Shown here piece by piece: positions 28,497 through 39,348 of a stretch of DNA of 64,000 nucleotides (the first letter of the stretch is position 1; every line of letters starts with the position of its first letter). This stretch comes from Escherichia coli (GTDB lineage Bacteria; Pseudomonadota; Gammaproteobacteria; Enterobacterales; Enterobacteriaceae), in NCBI RefSeq assembly GCF_013122565.1, contig NZ_CP053258.1. One strand, given 5' to 3'. A program made the position numbers and the translations under genes. Under the pieces are notes generated by a model. It saw only the letters and a program-made list of their open reading frames with translations. It ran no database searches and was not told the origin of the DNA.

Positions 28497-28520
28497 CTTA
28501 CTCACAGCGACATCGTATAG

Positions 28521-29471
28521 TTACAGCCAGTTCTTCCGCTTAAAGTACAGATACGGTGCCAGGCCCGCGAGGATCATAAAGATAATCGCGCCTGGGTAGC
28601 CGAAGCTCCACTTCAGTTCTGGCATAAACTCAAAGTTCATCCCGTAGCTGGAAGCAACCAGCGTTGGCGGCAGGAACACGACGGATACCACCGAGAAAAT
28701 TTTGATGATGCGGTTCTGCTCGATGTTGATAAAACCCATTGCCGCCTGCATCAGGAAGTTCACCTTCTGGAACAGGGATTCGTTATGCGGCAGCAGGGAT
28801 TCGATATCTCGCAGGATTTCACGCGCCTGCTCCAGTTGACCACCCGGTAAACGCGCCTTACGCACCAGGAAGTTGAGCGCACGCTGGGTATCCATCAGAC
28901 ACAGGCGCACTTTCCAGCCGATATCTTCCAGTTCCGCCAGCGTGGAGAGCGCCTCGTCGTACTCATCGCCCTGATGCCCTTCCATAATCACCCGACTCAA
29001 CTGCTCCAGGTCGCTATAGATATTTTCAATTTCATCTGCCAACTGTTCGATTTTGGTTTCGAACAGATCCAGCAGCAGCTCGTAGGCGTTACCGTCTACC
29101 ATCGACTGGCTACGAGCACGCATACGATACAGACGAAAAGCGGGCAGTTCACGCTCACGCAGAGTAAACAGACGACCATCACGGATGGTAAATGCCACAG
29201 TGGAGTTACCGGCGTGATCTTCCGCATCTTCAAAGAAGAAGAAGGAGTGAATATGCAGGCCGTCGTCGTCTTCAAAGAAACGTGCCGATGCTTCGATGTC
29301 TTCCAGTTCCGGGCGGGTTGCCAGGCTCTGGCCAAGTTCAGATTGTACGCGCAGTCGCTCGTCGTCGTCCGGTTCGACAAGATCAATCCATACTGCATTT
29401 ACAAGGGGTTGTGACTCTTCGACTTCCAGCCGGGTCAGTCGGTTATTTTCCAGTTGAAATGCGCTCAGCAT
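28521..29471 (-). CDS. corA: Magnesium/cobalt/nickel transporter CorA
   Basis: Trimmed to [17 protein letters not shown], 316 aa; C-terminal GMNF motif. Confidence 0.95.
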   Translation of the reverse strand: MLSAFQLENNRLTRLEVEESQPLVNAVWIDLVEPDDDERLRVQSELGQSLATRPELEDIEASARFFEDDDGLHIHSFFFFEDAEDHAGNSTVAFTIRDGRLFTLRERELPAFRLYRMRARSQSMVDGNAYELLLDLFETKIEQLADEIENIYSDLEQLSRVIMEGHQGDEYDEALSTLAELEDIGWKVRLCLMDTQRALNFLVRKARLPGGQLEQAREILRDIESLLPHNESLFQKVNFLMQAAMGFINIEQNRIIKIFSVVSVVFLPPTLVASSYGMNFEFMPELKWSFGYPGAIIFMILAGLAPYLYFKRKNWL

Positions 29472-29840
29472 GACCGGGACTCCCAATGCTTAAAATATCG
29501 GACAGTTCGGTGGGCACACAGAAACAAATTGGGTTTCAGACCATTAAACAGCCTGACTCAGCGCGACGGGAAAAATTGAGGTCGCTGACAACCGCTAAGG
29601 CTATCAGCAAAAAGGGATAGCCTTAGGAGTTGATCCTGGATGACAGGATAGTGAGCCAGTATCTACTGGGTGTGTCCAAGGCGAATGTCCTCTTAGAGTG
29701 ATCGTGCGCGCATGTTACGCCAGCAAAATTTTGCCGTCAACACGCAACAGAACACCACAGAACAATAGTTGAACTTCGCGCTTTTTGGTACTCGTCAAGG
29801 TCGCTAACAGGATAAAAAAATCCCACATCCAGGACCTATA

Positions 29841-30605
29841 ATGGCGCATCGGCTACTCATTGGTAAAGGAATGATCACCTTGAATCTCAAACGGATTTTT
29901 CTCGCCCTCACCTTACTTCCCTTGTTTGCTGTTGCCGCTGATGATTGCGCACTCTCAGATCCGACGCTGACCGTACAGGCGTATACCGTTAATCCTCAAA
30001 CAGAGCGGGTGAAAATGTACTGGCAAAAAGCCAATGGCGAAGCGTGGGGAACGTTACATGCTCTGCTGGCGGAGATGAATAGTCAGGGTCAGGTGCAGAT
30101 GGTGATGAACGGCGGCATCTATGATGAAAGCTATGCGCCACTCGGTTTGTACATCGAAAACGGTCAGCAGAAGGTGGCGTTAAATCTCGCTTCAGGTGAA
30201 GGGAATTTCTTTATCCGTCCTGGCGGCGTGTTTTATGTCGCGGGAGATAAAGTCGGCATCGTTCGTCTGGATGCCTTTAAAACCAGTAAAGAGATTCAGT
30301 TTGCGGTGCAGTCAGGGCCAATGTTGATGGAAAACGGCGTAATTAATCCGCGTATTCATCCCAACGTCGCCTCACGCAAAATTCGTAACGGTGTTGGGAT
30401 TAATAAACATGGGAACGCCGTGTTTTTGTTGAGCCAGCAGGCGACAAATTTTTATGATTTTGCCTGTTATGCCAAAGCGAAACTGAACGTTGAGCAGTTG
30501 CTTTACCTTGATGGCACGATTTCACATATGTATGTGAAAGGAGGCGAGATCCCCTGGCAGCGTCATCCTTTTGTCACCATGATTGCCGTCGAGCGGAAAG
30601 GTTAG
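29841..30605 (+). CDS. yigE: Uncharacterised secreted protein YigE
   Basis: 254 aa with N-terminal signal peptide (LLPLFAVAADD). Confidence 0.8.
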   Translation: MAHRLLIGKGMITLNLKRIFLALTLLPLFAVAADDCALSDPTLTVQAYTVNPQTERVKMYWQKANGEAWGTLHALLAEMNSQGQVQMVMNGGIYDESYAPLGLYIENGQQKVALNLASGEGNFFIRPGGVFYVAGDKVGIVRLDAFKTSKEIQFAVQSGPMLMENGVINPRIHPNVASRKIRNGVGINKHGNAVFLLSQQATNFYDFACYAKAKLNVEQLLYLDGTISHMYVKGGEIPWQRHPFVTMIAVERKG

Positions 30606-30640
30606 AATGATAGTTTTGTGTCAGATACTAAATATGGTGC

Positions 30641-30750
30641 TGATGCCGGATGCGACGTAAACGCCTTATCCGGCCTACATGACGTTGCAATTTATTGAAT
30701 CTGAATGATTTTTAGGCCAAATAAGGTGTGCAGCACCGCATCCGGCAACG
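30641..30750. repeat. Composite REP element with central IHF-like site (RIP/BIME type) between yigE and uvrD
   Basis: Inverted gccggatgcg...cgccttatccggcctac arms flanking tgcaatttattgaat. Confidence 0.75.
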
Positions 30751-32913
30751 TTACACCGCCTCCAGCCGGGCGTAAGCCGCCACCAGCCATTTGATTCCCT
30801 GGCCCTGGAATGCCACCTGCAAACGGCTATGTTCACCGCTGCCTTCCATATTGACGATGGTGCCTTCACCAAACTTAGCGTGGCGTACGCGCTGGCCGAG
30901 CTTGTAGCCGCTGTCGTTCTCGACCATCGGCGTACCCATACGCTGATGGCTGACCGGGCGGCTTACCGTAGCGCGTAAACGCACCTCTTCCACACACTCT
31001 TCCGGCAGCTCGCCGATAAAGCGCGACGGGCGATGGTAAACCTCTTTACCATACAGACGGCGAGTTTCCGCGTAGGTCAGCGTCAGTTTCTGCATCGCGC
31101 GGGTTACGCCAACGTAGGCCAGACGGCGTTCTTCTTCCAGACGTCCGCCTTCATCCAGCGACATCTGGCTTGGGAACATGCCCTCTTCCATACCGACAAT
31201 AAACACCTGCGGAAACTCCAGACCTTTCGCCGAGTGTAGCGTCATCAACTGCACCGCATCCTGCCAGGTATCCGCCTGCCCTTCACCTGCTTCCAGCGCC
31301 GCATGGGAGAGGAACGCCTGCAGCGGCATTAAATCTTCGTCTTCTTCGTTGTAGCTGAACTGGCGCGTTGCCGTCACCAGTTCCTCTAAGTTTTCGATAC
31401 GCGTCTGACCTTTTTCGCCCTTCTCCTGCTCGTACATGGTGCGCAGGCCGGAGTCTTTAATTACCCGGTCAGTCTGTACATGCAGCGGCATATCGGCAGT
31501 TTCCTGCGCTAAGGCGTCGATTAATTCCATAAACCGCTGTAAGGCGCTGGCAGCACGTCCGGCGAGGGCTTTTTCCTGCAACAGTTCACGACATGCCTGC
31601 CAGAGTGTTAACTGGCGATCGCGCGATGTCTGACGTACCACGTCCAGCGTCCGGTCACCAATACCCCGCGTTGGCGTATTCACCACACGCTCAAACGCCG
31701 CGTCATCATTACGGTTGGCAATCAGGCGCAGATACGAGAGCGCATCTTTGATTTCCTGGCGTTCGAAGAAGCGCATCCCGCCGTAAATACGGTACGGCAT
31801 ACTCGCCTGCAACAGTGCCTCTTCCAGCACACGCGACTGGGCGTTGCTGCGGTAGAGAATGGCGCACTCGGCAAGCGCCCCGCCGTTGTCCTGCCAGGTT
31901 TTGATGCGGTTAACCACAAAACGCGCTTCGTCGAGTTCGTTAAAAGCGCAATAGAGGGAAATAGGCTCACCGTCCGCGCCATCGGTCCACAATTTTTTAC
32001 CCAGACGCCCGTTGTTGTTTTCAATGAGGGCGTTCGCGGCGCTCAGAATATTGCTGGTAGAGCGGTAGTTCTGCTCCAGACGGATAGTTTCAGCACCGGG
32101 GAAATCATTGAGGAAACGCTGAATATTCTCGACCTGCGCCCCGCGCCAGCCGTAGATTGATTGATCGTCATCGCCAACGATCATCACTTTGCCGGTGTCG
32201 CCCGCCAGCAGGCGGATCCACGCGTACTGAATGTTGTTGGTATCCTGGAATTCGTCCACCAGGATGTTGGTAAAACGTTCGCGGTAGTGTTGCAGGATAT
32301 GCGGCTTGTTAAGCCACAACTCGTGAGCGCGCAGCAGCAGCTCGGCGAAGTCCACCAGGCCCGCACGATCGCACGCTTCCTGATACGCCTGATACACTTT
32401 CTGCCAGGTCTGCTCCACCGGATTACCGTAGCTTTGAATATGATGCGGACGCAGGCCTTCATCTTTCTGGCTGTTGATGTACCACATTGCCTGGCGCGGC
32501 GGCCACTGCTTCTCGTCGAGGTTCATGGCTTTGATCAGACGCTTAAGCAGGCGTAGCTGGTCTTCACTGTCGAGGATCTGGAAATCCTGCGGCAGATTGG
32601 CGTCCATATGGTGCGCACGCAGCAAACGGTGCGCCAGCCCGTGGAAGGTGCCGACCCACATGCCGCCCTGGCTGGTGCCCATCAGTTGCCCGATACGATG
32701 ACGCATCTCCGCCGCCGCTTTGTTGGTAAACGTCACAGCCATAATCGAGTAAGGCGAGCAGTTTTCCACGCTCATCAGCCAGGCGATACGATGCACCAGT
32801 ACGCGCGTCTTACCACTGCCCGCGCCCGCCAGCACCAGAAGGTTGCTGCGTGGCGCGGCCACCGCTTCGCGCTGTTTGTCATTAAGGCTATCGAGCAGGT
32901 AAGAAACGTCCAT
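30751..32913 (-). CDS. uvrD: DNA helicase II (UvrD)
   Basis: Track ORF extends to 33102; trimmed to MDVSYLLDSLNDKQREAVAAP for 720 aa; Walker A GAGSGKT. Confidence 0.95.
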   Translation of the reverse strand: MDVSYLLDSLNDKQREAVAAPRSNLLVLAGAGSGKTRVLVHRIAWLMSVENCSPYSIMAVTFTNKAAAEMRHRIGQLMGTSQGGMWVGTFHGLAHRLLRAHHMDANLPQDFQILDSEDQLRLLKRLIKAMNLDEKQWPPRQAMWYINSQKDEGLRPHHIQSYGNPVEQTWQKVYQAYQEACDRAGLVDFAELLLRAHELWLNKPHILQHYRERFTNILVDEFQDTNNIQYAWIRLLAGDTGKVMIVGDDDQSIYGWRGAQVENIQRFLNDFPGAETIRLEQNYRSTSNILSAANALIENNNGRLGKKLWTDGADGEPISLYCAFNELDEARFVVNRIKTWQDNGGALAECAILYRSNAQSRVLEEALLQASMPYRIYGGMRFFERQEIKDALSYLRLIANRNDDAAFERVVNTPTRGIGDRTLDVVRQTSRDRQLTLWQACRELLQEKALAGRAASALQRFMELIDALAQETADMPLHVQTDRVIKDSGLRTMYEQEKGEKGQTRIENLEELVTATRQFSYNEEDEDLMPLQAFLSHAALEAGEGQADTWQDAVQLMTLHSAKGLEFPQVFIVGMEEGMFPSQMSLDEGGRLEEERRLAYVGVTRAMQKLTLTYAETRRLYGKEVYHRPSRFIGELPEECVEEVRLRATVSRPVSHQRMGTPMVENDSGYKLGQRVRHAKFGEGTIVNMEGSGEHSRLQVAFQGQGIKWLVAAYARLEAV

Positions 32914-32971
32914 TGGCACCGCCGCGTAAAAATAGGTTGGGCGGAGAAGCGCAACGCCCTCCGCCAAAAAG

Positions 32972-32987
32972 CTGGGTATATATACAG
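32972..32987. promoter_or_regulatory. LexA (SOS) box upstream of uvrD
   Basis: ctgggtatatatacag fits CTG-N10-CAG, ~60 nt upstream of the uvrD start. Confidence 0.7.
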
Positions 32988-32996
32988 ATTTGCTGA

Positions 32997-33713
32997 TTAT
33001 ATCAGCGAGGTCAGAGATGCCAACCGGGAAATTTCCAGATGCGGCAGTAAACGGCTGTCCCAGGTTTGCATCAGATCGCCATTTTCCGGTCTGATCCAAC
33101 AAGCCTGCATTCCGCTGCGAATTGCCCCACCCACGTCAGTGGTGAGATCGTCCCCAACATGTAAGATCTCGCCGATCGGCACGTTGAGTTTTTCCGCAGC
33201 CAAAAAGTACATATCGCTGAACGGTTTTGAGCGCCCGTGCGGGCCAGCGCGCAGCACAAACTCAAAATAATCCCCCAAACCAAACAGTTCCGGCTGGGCG
33301 TTACCGTTGGTGATCGCCACCAGCGGCCATTTCTTCGCCAGCTGTTTTAAGGTGTCGTGGGTTTGCTGCGGGACATCGATCCGGCTGCGCCATTTGGCAA
33401 AGTTGATCATTGCTGCGTGTGCGCCTGCACTGGCTTCTTCGGCACTCAGCCCGGCGTCGAGCATCGCTTGTTCTATTGAGCGAAAACGCCAGCGCGTCAC
33501 GTCGTGATAAATCTCGGGTTCCGCTTCCCGTACCGCCTGGCGCAGACGTTGCAGATCTTCATTCTGGAAGCTGCGCAGCGCCGGATGATAATTTTGCACA
33601 AAGGTAAGCGCCTCTCGCTCGGTGCGCAAAATCACCGGACGGTTATCGTAAAGGGTATCATCCAGGTCAAAGGTGAGCGCCGAGATGCGCCCCAAAGGCC
33701 GGTAAAAACGCAT
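32997..33713 (-). CDS. yigB: HAD-family phosphatase (5-amino-6-ribitylaminouracil phosphate / FMN phosphatase)
   Basis: 238 aa, [12 protein letters not shown] motif. Confidence 0.9.
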
Positions 33714-34609
33714 TATTTCCCCCGTTTGGCGCGTGGATGCGCCGCATCGTACACCGAGGCAAGGTGTTGAAAATCAAGATGAGTATAGATTTGCGTGGTA
33801 GAGAGGTTGGCATGACCCAGCAGCTCCTGCACACCACGAAGATCGCCGCTCGACTCCAGCATATGCGTAGCGAACGAGTGACGTAATTTATGCGGGTGAA
33901 CGTGATTATTCAGCCCTTGTTTTATGCCCCATTCGGCAAAGCGTTTCTGCACATTACGCGCGGAGATACGCTTGCCCAGTTTCGACAGAAAAAGCGCGTC
34001 GTCTTCGCTACCAAACAGGTCGCGCAAATCAAGCCAGTGCTCAATCCACGCCACAGCGTTGCGACCAATCGGCAGGCGGCGCTCTTTGCTGCCTTTCCCC
34101 ATTACCCACACTTCACCAGACTCCAGGTCGAGGTGTTTGATATCCAGCCCCACCAGTTCGGACAGACGCAGACCCGCGCCGTACATCACTTCCAGCATTG
34201 CACGGTCGCGCACAGCAAGGGGATCGTTGATATCAATATCCAGCAGCCGATTCATATCGTCGACGTCGATATTTTTCGGCAGATGACGCGGCGCTTTCGG
34301 TGCCGAAACACCTTTCGCCGGGTTAGCTTTGAGTTCGTTCTGGCTGACCAGCCAGTCAAAAAAGCTACGTAGCGCAGAAAGCCGTAACGCCAGACTTGCT
34401 GCTCCCAGCCCTTTACGGCGACTGCGTACAGCAAAATTGCGCACCATCGTCACATCACATTGTTGCCAGCTTTGCAGGCCGTTTTCGCTGGCAAAATTAA
34501 TGATCGCCTCAAGCTGACGCTGGTAGTTAAGCAGGGTTATCGGGCTCAGCTGGCGCTCCACGCTCAGATAACGTAGGTAGCGTTCTACATCGGTGTGTAA
34601 ATCGGTCAT
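33713..34609 (-). CDS. xerC: Tyrosine site-specific recombinase XerC (chromosome dimer resolution)
   Basis: 298 aa, [24 protein letters not shown]-terminal catalytic RHxxR...Y. Confidence 0.95.
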
Positions 34610-35313
34610 ACGCGTTCAATCCAACGCTCCAGAAGCTCCGGCAACATCAGCGCAATTTTATGAAGTAACTGCGTTCCCTGCCCTTGTTGATAGTGACTGG
34701 CATCGCGACTGGTAAACAGCACAACACCCAAATCAGCATCGCTTCCCAGCATCGACATCGCCACCGATCCCACCGCTTTCGCTTCAGGTAGCACCACCAG
34801 CAGCTCCGGTCCGTTAAGCGGCCCAAGATAGTGCTGTTCCTGCCCCAGACGCTGAATACGCAGCGGTTCGAAAGACTGACGGCTTAATGCCAGATGAGTG
34901 TGGTTCGACGGCGCACCTAAGCGCCAGCGATCCGGAAACAGGCGCAGACTCGCACCAGCCAGGCCGAGATCGCGCGCCCAGCGGTGAAAGCGCATCAGCA
35001 TATCGTCGAGACTGCTGGCGGCGGTGAGACTGCGCTGCAGGTAGAGTAGGCGATAAAACAGGCCTTCGTTGGCGATAGCCTGTTCCATCAACAGCGCCAT
35101 GTTCTCTTCCAGAACATGAATATGGTTACGCGCGCGAGCCATATGCCATTCGACCAACGAAACGGTGCCGCGTACCGGATGCGGCACACGTATCGCTTCT
35201 ACTGCGCGCGCATTGCGGATAAAAAACTCAGGATTTTTAATCAGATAATCGACAACCGCCCGGTCATCGAGCTCCGTGAGTGTTTCCTGCAGTTCTTCCC
35301 CTGGTTGCTTCAT
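34606..35313 (-). CDS. yigA: DUF484-family protein YigA
   Basis: 235 aa; overlaps xerC and dapF by 4 nt each. Confidence 0.85.
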
Positions 35314-36134
35314 AGATGAATAAATCCGTCGTAAACATGTACTGCCGGACCCGTCATATATAACGGATGACCCGGACCTTTCCAGGCGATATCAAGACGA
35401 CCACCAGGGAGTTCCACGCGTACTTCTTCGGCCAGCAAACCTTGCTGGATCCCTACCGCCACCGCCGCACACGCGCCGCTGCCGCAGGCCTGGGTTTCTC
35501 CTGCCCCACGCTCATAAACGCGTAAACGAATATGCTCGCGCTTAACCACTTGCATAAAACCGATATTGGCTCGCTCCGGAAAACGCTCGTGGCTTTCCAG
35601 AACAGGACCAAGCGTTTCTACCGCCGCGGTATCGACATCATCGACCTGAATCACGCAATGCGGATTTCCCATCGACACCACGCCGCATAAGATTGTCTGC
35701 TCGGCGGCGCGCATAATATAGGTCTTTTCCGCTTTGTTAGCGCGAAACGGCACAGCGGAAGGTTCGAAGTTGGGTTCGCCCATATTTACGCGGACCAGAT
35801 CATCATCGGTGACGGTCAGAACCATCCGCCCGTTGGCGGTGCTGACGCGGATATCGCGCTTATTGGTCAGCCCTTTCAGACGCACGAAACGGGCAAAGCA
35901 GCGCGCGCCGTTGCCGCACTGCGCCACTTCACTGCCATCAGCATTGAAAATGCGATAGTGAAAATCCAGTTCAGGATCATACGGCGGCTCAACCACCAGC
36001 AACTGATCAAACCCTACCCCCAGGTGCCGATCCGCCAGGCGACGAATCAGTTCCGGTGAAAAAAAGACATTCTGCGTTACCGCGTCGACGACCATAAAAT
36101 CGTTGCCAAGGCCATGCATTTTCGAGAACTGCAT
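35310..36134 (-). CDS. dapF: Diaminopimelate epimerase
   Basis: Trimmed to [17 protein letters not shown], 274 aa. Confidence 0.95.
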
Positions 36135-36170
36135 CATTTACTCCAATCACGCGGGTACAGAAACTGACTT

Positions 36171-36374
36171 TTAGTAATTCACCTGGGATGGACCATCGCC
36201 AGTGGCACGGTCGTTTTTATCCGGCACCGTGGATTGCGTTTGTGTCTCTACCGGTTTGGTCGGCGGCGGTGCATTTTTATCTGCAGGCGGGAAATAGAGC
36301 GGACCTTTCAGACCGCAGCCCGTCAGGCTGAAGAGAGTAAGTAATACAGTGAGTGCCTTAAACACGTTTTTCAT
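36171..36374 (-). CDS. yifL: Small lipoprotein YifL
   Basis: 67 aa, lipobox LTGC in MKNVFKALTVLLTLFSLTGCG. Confidence 0.85.
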   Translation of the reverse strand: MKNVFKALTVLLTLFSLTGCGLKGPLYFPPADKNAPPPTKPVETQTQSTVPDKNDRATGDGPSQVNY

Positions 36375-36562
36375 TATGGATTGCCTGTAAAGTTCATCGC
36401 TTTCTGCTTTCTATCATCGCAGGAGAAGGCGTAAAAGCAAGCGTTTAGCGACTCTTTATGAAGTCTGAAAAGTGAGGAAATGCTGCGAGTATAACGCTTA
36501 CTCGTGGGGATTTATGTTTTGCTGGTAGTTTCGTGATCGGCACCTCGCGCCAGGATGGCTTT

Positions 36563-38041
36563 ATGCACTATCGCAATGTGGTTTGTTTGTTGTCTTGTTC
36601 GTTGTTTTTATCATCGGCATGGGGATGTCGGCTTGATCCGCCTGAACATAATATTTACCAGAAACAGGGAAAAGGCGTGGAATACCTGCGCCCTTATAAA
36701 GAAACAAATCTTTCTCTACCTGACGTGAATTACAAGAGTTTGCGTCGTTTACCTAATTTATTAATAGACGCAACAACACAAGATGAATGGAATAAAGAAC
36801 CACCTCTGACTGATCTAACAACTGACAACCTCTATGAGGGCGCACAAGCCTGGTATCCCCATTACTCCTGGCATAGCGATGGTCGCTATATCCTCTACGC
36901 GGGTGAAGTTGTGCAAAACCCGCCAGACAAACCTCCCGTCGATGTCGCCTCGTTCAAGGCGTGGGGTGATTTTGCCGCAGATAAACACAGTCTCTATTTC
37001 GAAGGCAAGCGCACCGATAACAATGGCGGGGGAAATCGCTTAGATATCAAAACACTGCATCAGGTGGAATTCCGGCCTCCCTGGGATCCTGACTTACTGG
37101 GGCTGATATTACGTGACGCTAATTTCTTGTATATCAATGGGCATCGCCTCGCAGATCCCGATAGTTTTCGTGTGCTGGCACAAAAGTCATGGGATCAGCG
37201 AGGAAAGTTTTCTACCGCGTTTAATCCCTGTGTGGCTATGCCATTTGGACCCTGGGATACCCTGGCTCGTACACGGACCAAAATCCTGATCAACGGCGAA
37301 CAGCTTGATGCCGACCCGGACACCTTTTCCGTCGTGCGCTGGATGCCCGGCTCACTCTTGACCTGGCGTGATAAAAACGGGCTGCAGCGTAAAGTCCTCG
37401 ACAAGGAAAATCTGGCGTGGGATGAAGATTTAACAAAGCACTGTCTGGATTTTTCTCTGCTGGAAAAGAAAGTGTTCTGGCGTAAAGGGCCTGCTTGTAA
37501 ACAGGAAGAATTACCGGGGCTCGATCCTGAACAGTTCCACCCCATCAGTGATGCTGTCGCCCAGTATCAGGATTCGCTTTATACCATCATCGAAACAGAG
37601 TCTGGTGACCGCAAGCTGGAGATCGTGAAACTTGATGATCCCAATCTTATTATCAACAAACGTTTCAACGCCGGGAAACGCCACGGCTATTTACTTACGC
37701 GTGCCGAAGGGTGGCCATACCATTCCGGTTTACACGTGTTTGAATCTGACGGACCGCTGATCTTACTGGATAACCGCTCTCCGGATGAACGCGAAGCCCA
37801 TCTTAATGACCATCCCTTTTTGCGCAGATGGTATGCCCGCGATAACCGCTACGTTTACAGCTTTGATGGCGCGCAGCTCTGGCGATACCGCACTGCGGAT
37901 CCGAAACAAGTTCGCTTAATCTGGAAGGAACAACATTCGGGATATGGCTACGGGGTAAATTACAAAACGGGATATCTGGACGGAAAAATTACCGATGACG
38001 GCGAATTTATTCCTGCCCCGCGCAATGAGGCGACAAAATGA
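36563..38041 (+). CDS. Putative secreted repeat protein, DKNYY-like repeats (paralog A)
   Basis: Track ORF starts at 36533; the ATG at 36563 has an aggatgg SD. Hydrophobic N-terminal signal peptide; repeated DK-x-x-LYF-x-G and x-G-x-x-L-x-DPD-[ST]-F motifs; clear homology to the downstream ORF. Confidence 0.65.
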   Translation: MHYRNVVCLLSCSLFLSSAWGCRLDPPEHNIYQKQGKGVEYLRPYKETNLSLPDVNYKSLRRLPNLLIDATTQDEWNKEPPLTDLTTDNLYEGAQAWYPHYSWHSDGRYILYAGEVVQNPPDKPPVDVASFKAWGDFAADKHSLYFEGKRTDNNGGGNRLDIKTLHQVEFRPPWDPDLLGLILRDANFLYINGHRLADPDSFRVLAQKSWDQRGKFSTAFNPCVAMPFGPWDTLARTRTKILINGEQLDADPDTFSVVRWMPGSLLTWRDKNGLQRKVLDKENLAWDEDLTKHCLDFSLLEKKVFWRKGPACKQEELPGLDPEQFHPISDAVAQYQDSLYTIIETESGDRKLEIVKLDDPNLIINKRFNAGKRHGYLLTRAEGWPYHSGLHVFESDGPLILLDNRSPDEREAHLNDHPFLRRWYARDNRYVYSFDGAQLWRYRTADPKQVRLIWKEQHSGYGYGVNYKTGYLDGKITDDGEFIPAPRNEATK

Positions 38042-39348
38042 ATGGTCAAATAATCACTGTTGCACTCATCCTGTTGGGGCACATATTTCTGACTCCTGCT
38101 GTACAGGCCATAGGGTTCGACTATTACAATGATCACGGTGTCATGTCTTACGGTAAAGGTTATGGGGAGGATGAGAAAATCATTGCCCAATTTCCGAAGA
38201 TGAACAGGGCCGATTTGCGCCTTGTGAAAAATATCTCTGGGAAGACGGGCTATATACCCACCGATGAAATAAGCATAAAAAATGAGGAATACCACTGGGT
38301 GACAGACGGCCACGTTATTCTCTGGCGTGGCAAAATCGTTAGCAATCCACCGGGAACACCCACTGTCGATATTGCCAGCTTTCAGGCTATGGGCCGCTTC
38401 GCGGTCGATAAATATAGCCTCTATTTTGACGGACAGCGTACCGAAAGTAATAGCGGCGCGTCACGTGTTGATCTGGCGACACTAAAAGCTATCGAAGGTA
38501 ACTCTACCACGCTGGTGGATAGTAAAAATCTCTATTTGTCCGGTCGACGTCAGGGGAGCAGCAGTAATGTTACTGTATTAGAAAAAAGATGGTGGGGTAT
38601 TAATCCACGTCTTATGAGTGTAAACAGAAATTTGTATTCCAATGATCTGCTTATCCGCAGTGGGCAGAATATTTATTTAAATGGCGTTCACCTTACGGCG
38701 AATGCAGACTCATTTGAGATAATTCGCTGGATACCTCATTCACTGCTGGTTTTTCGCGACAATAAGGGTATGCATCGTTATCCCTTTGGGCAATTGTCTG
38801 GCAAAGCGATACCCGTAGATGATGACGTCTCTTTTGAAGTAGGGGAAAGTCGCGTTCGCTGGCGTAAACAGCTCACGTCCGACCGTCAGTGGAGCAAGTG
38901 GATAGACCTACCAGATATTGAACCTGAACAATTCCATCTGATTACTGGCAATATTGCGCAATATAAAGATCGGTTGTATGTAACAAAATTATCGACATTT
39001 GGTGAAGACCAGCTTGAGATAATCCCGCTGGATACGCCAGACCTGGTCATTGATCGCTCATTTAATAGCGGCAAACAGCATGCTTATTTTATCCGCCAAT
39101 TACGGTCAAAGAGCGTGCAAATTATTCCAGTTAACGGTCCGCTAACTAAAAACGATCGCTTCGCTTATGACGATCGCAATGTTTATACATGGACCGATAC
39201 AGAGGTAAGGATTACGCCCTCCCCCTGCCCGGCGAAAACACGCGTCAGAGAAGAGAATGTGCGTGAACTTCACAACAGAGACATTATTATTCCGTTGACG
39301 GATGAATCATGCCAGAACGCAGCAGACGAGCAAACTTTGAAGCCCTGA
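38038..39348 (+). CDS. Putative secreted repeat protein, DKNYY-like repeats (paralog B)
   Basis: 436 aa; start overlaps the upstream stop (ATGA); gagg SD; signal peptide ending AVQA; shares PEQFH...IAQY...LEI..LD.P.L.I...FN.GK.H blocks with paralog A; region looks lower in GC than the core genes. Confidence 0.65.
   Translation: MNGQIITVALILLGHIFLTPAVQAIGFDYYNDHGVMSYGKGYGEDEKIIAQFPKMNRADLRLVKNISGKTGYIPTDEISIKNEEYHWVTDGHVILWRGKIVSNPPGTPTVDIASFQAMGRFAVDKYSLYFDGQRTESNSGASRVDLATLKAIEGNSTTLVDSKNLYLSGRRQGSSSNVTVLEKRWWGINPRLMSVNRNLYSNDLLIRSGQNIYLNGVHLTANADSFEIIRWIPHSLLVFRDNKGMHRYPFGQLSGKAIPVDDDVSFEVGESRVRWRKQLTSDRQWSKWIDLPDIEPEQFHLITGNIAQYKDRLYVTKLSTFGEDQLEIIPLDTPDLVIDRSFNSGKQHAYFIRQLRSKSVQIIPVNGPLTKNDRFAYDDRNVYTWTDTEVRITPSPCPAKTRVREENVRELHNRDIIIPLTDESCQNAADEQTLKP

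Noticed and set aside
32914-33102. N-terminal extension of the uvrD ORF (track ORF is 783 aa)
   Set aside because: UvrD starts at MDVSYLL (720 aa); the LexA box and promoter lie inside the apparent extension, so it is untranslated upstream sequence that happens to be open
33713-34609. Tyrosine recombinase as a marker of an integrated mobile element
   Set aside because: It is the chromosomal dimer-resolution recombinase XerC in its conserved dapF-yigA-xerC-yigB operon, not a phage or ICE integrase; no att-like repeats or cargo genes flank it
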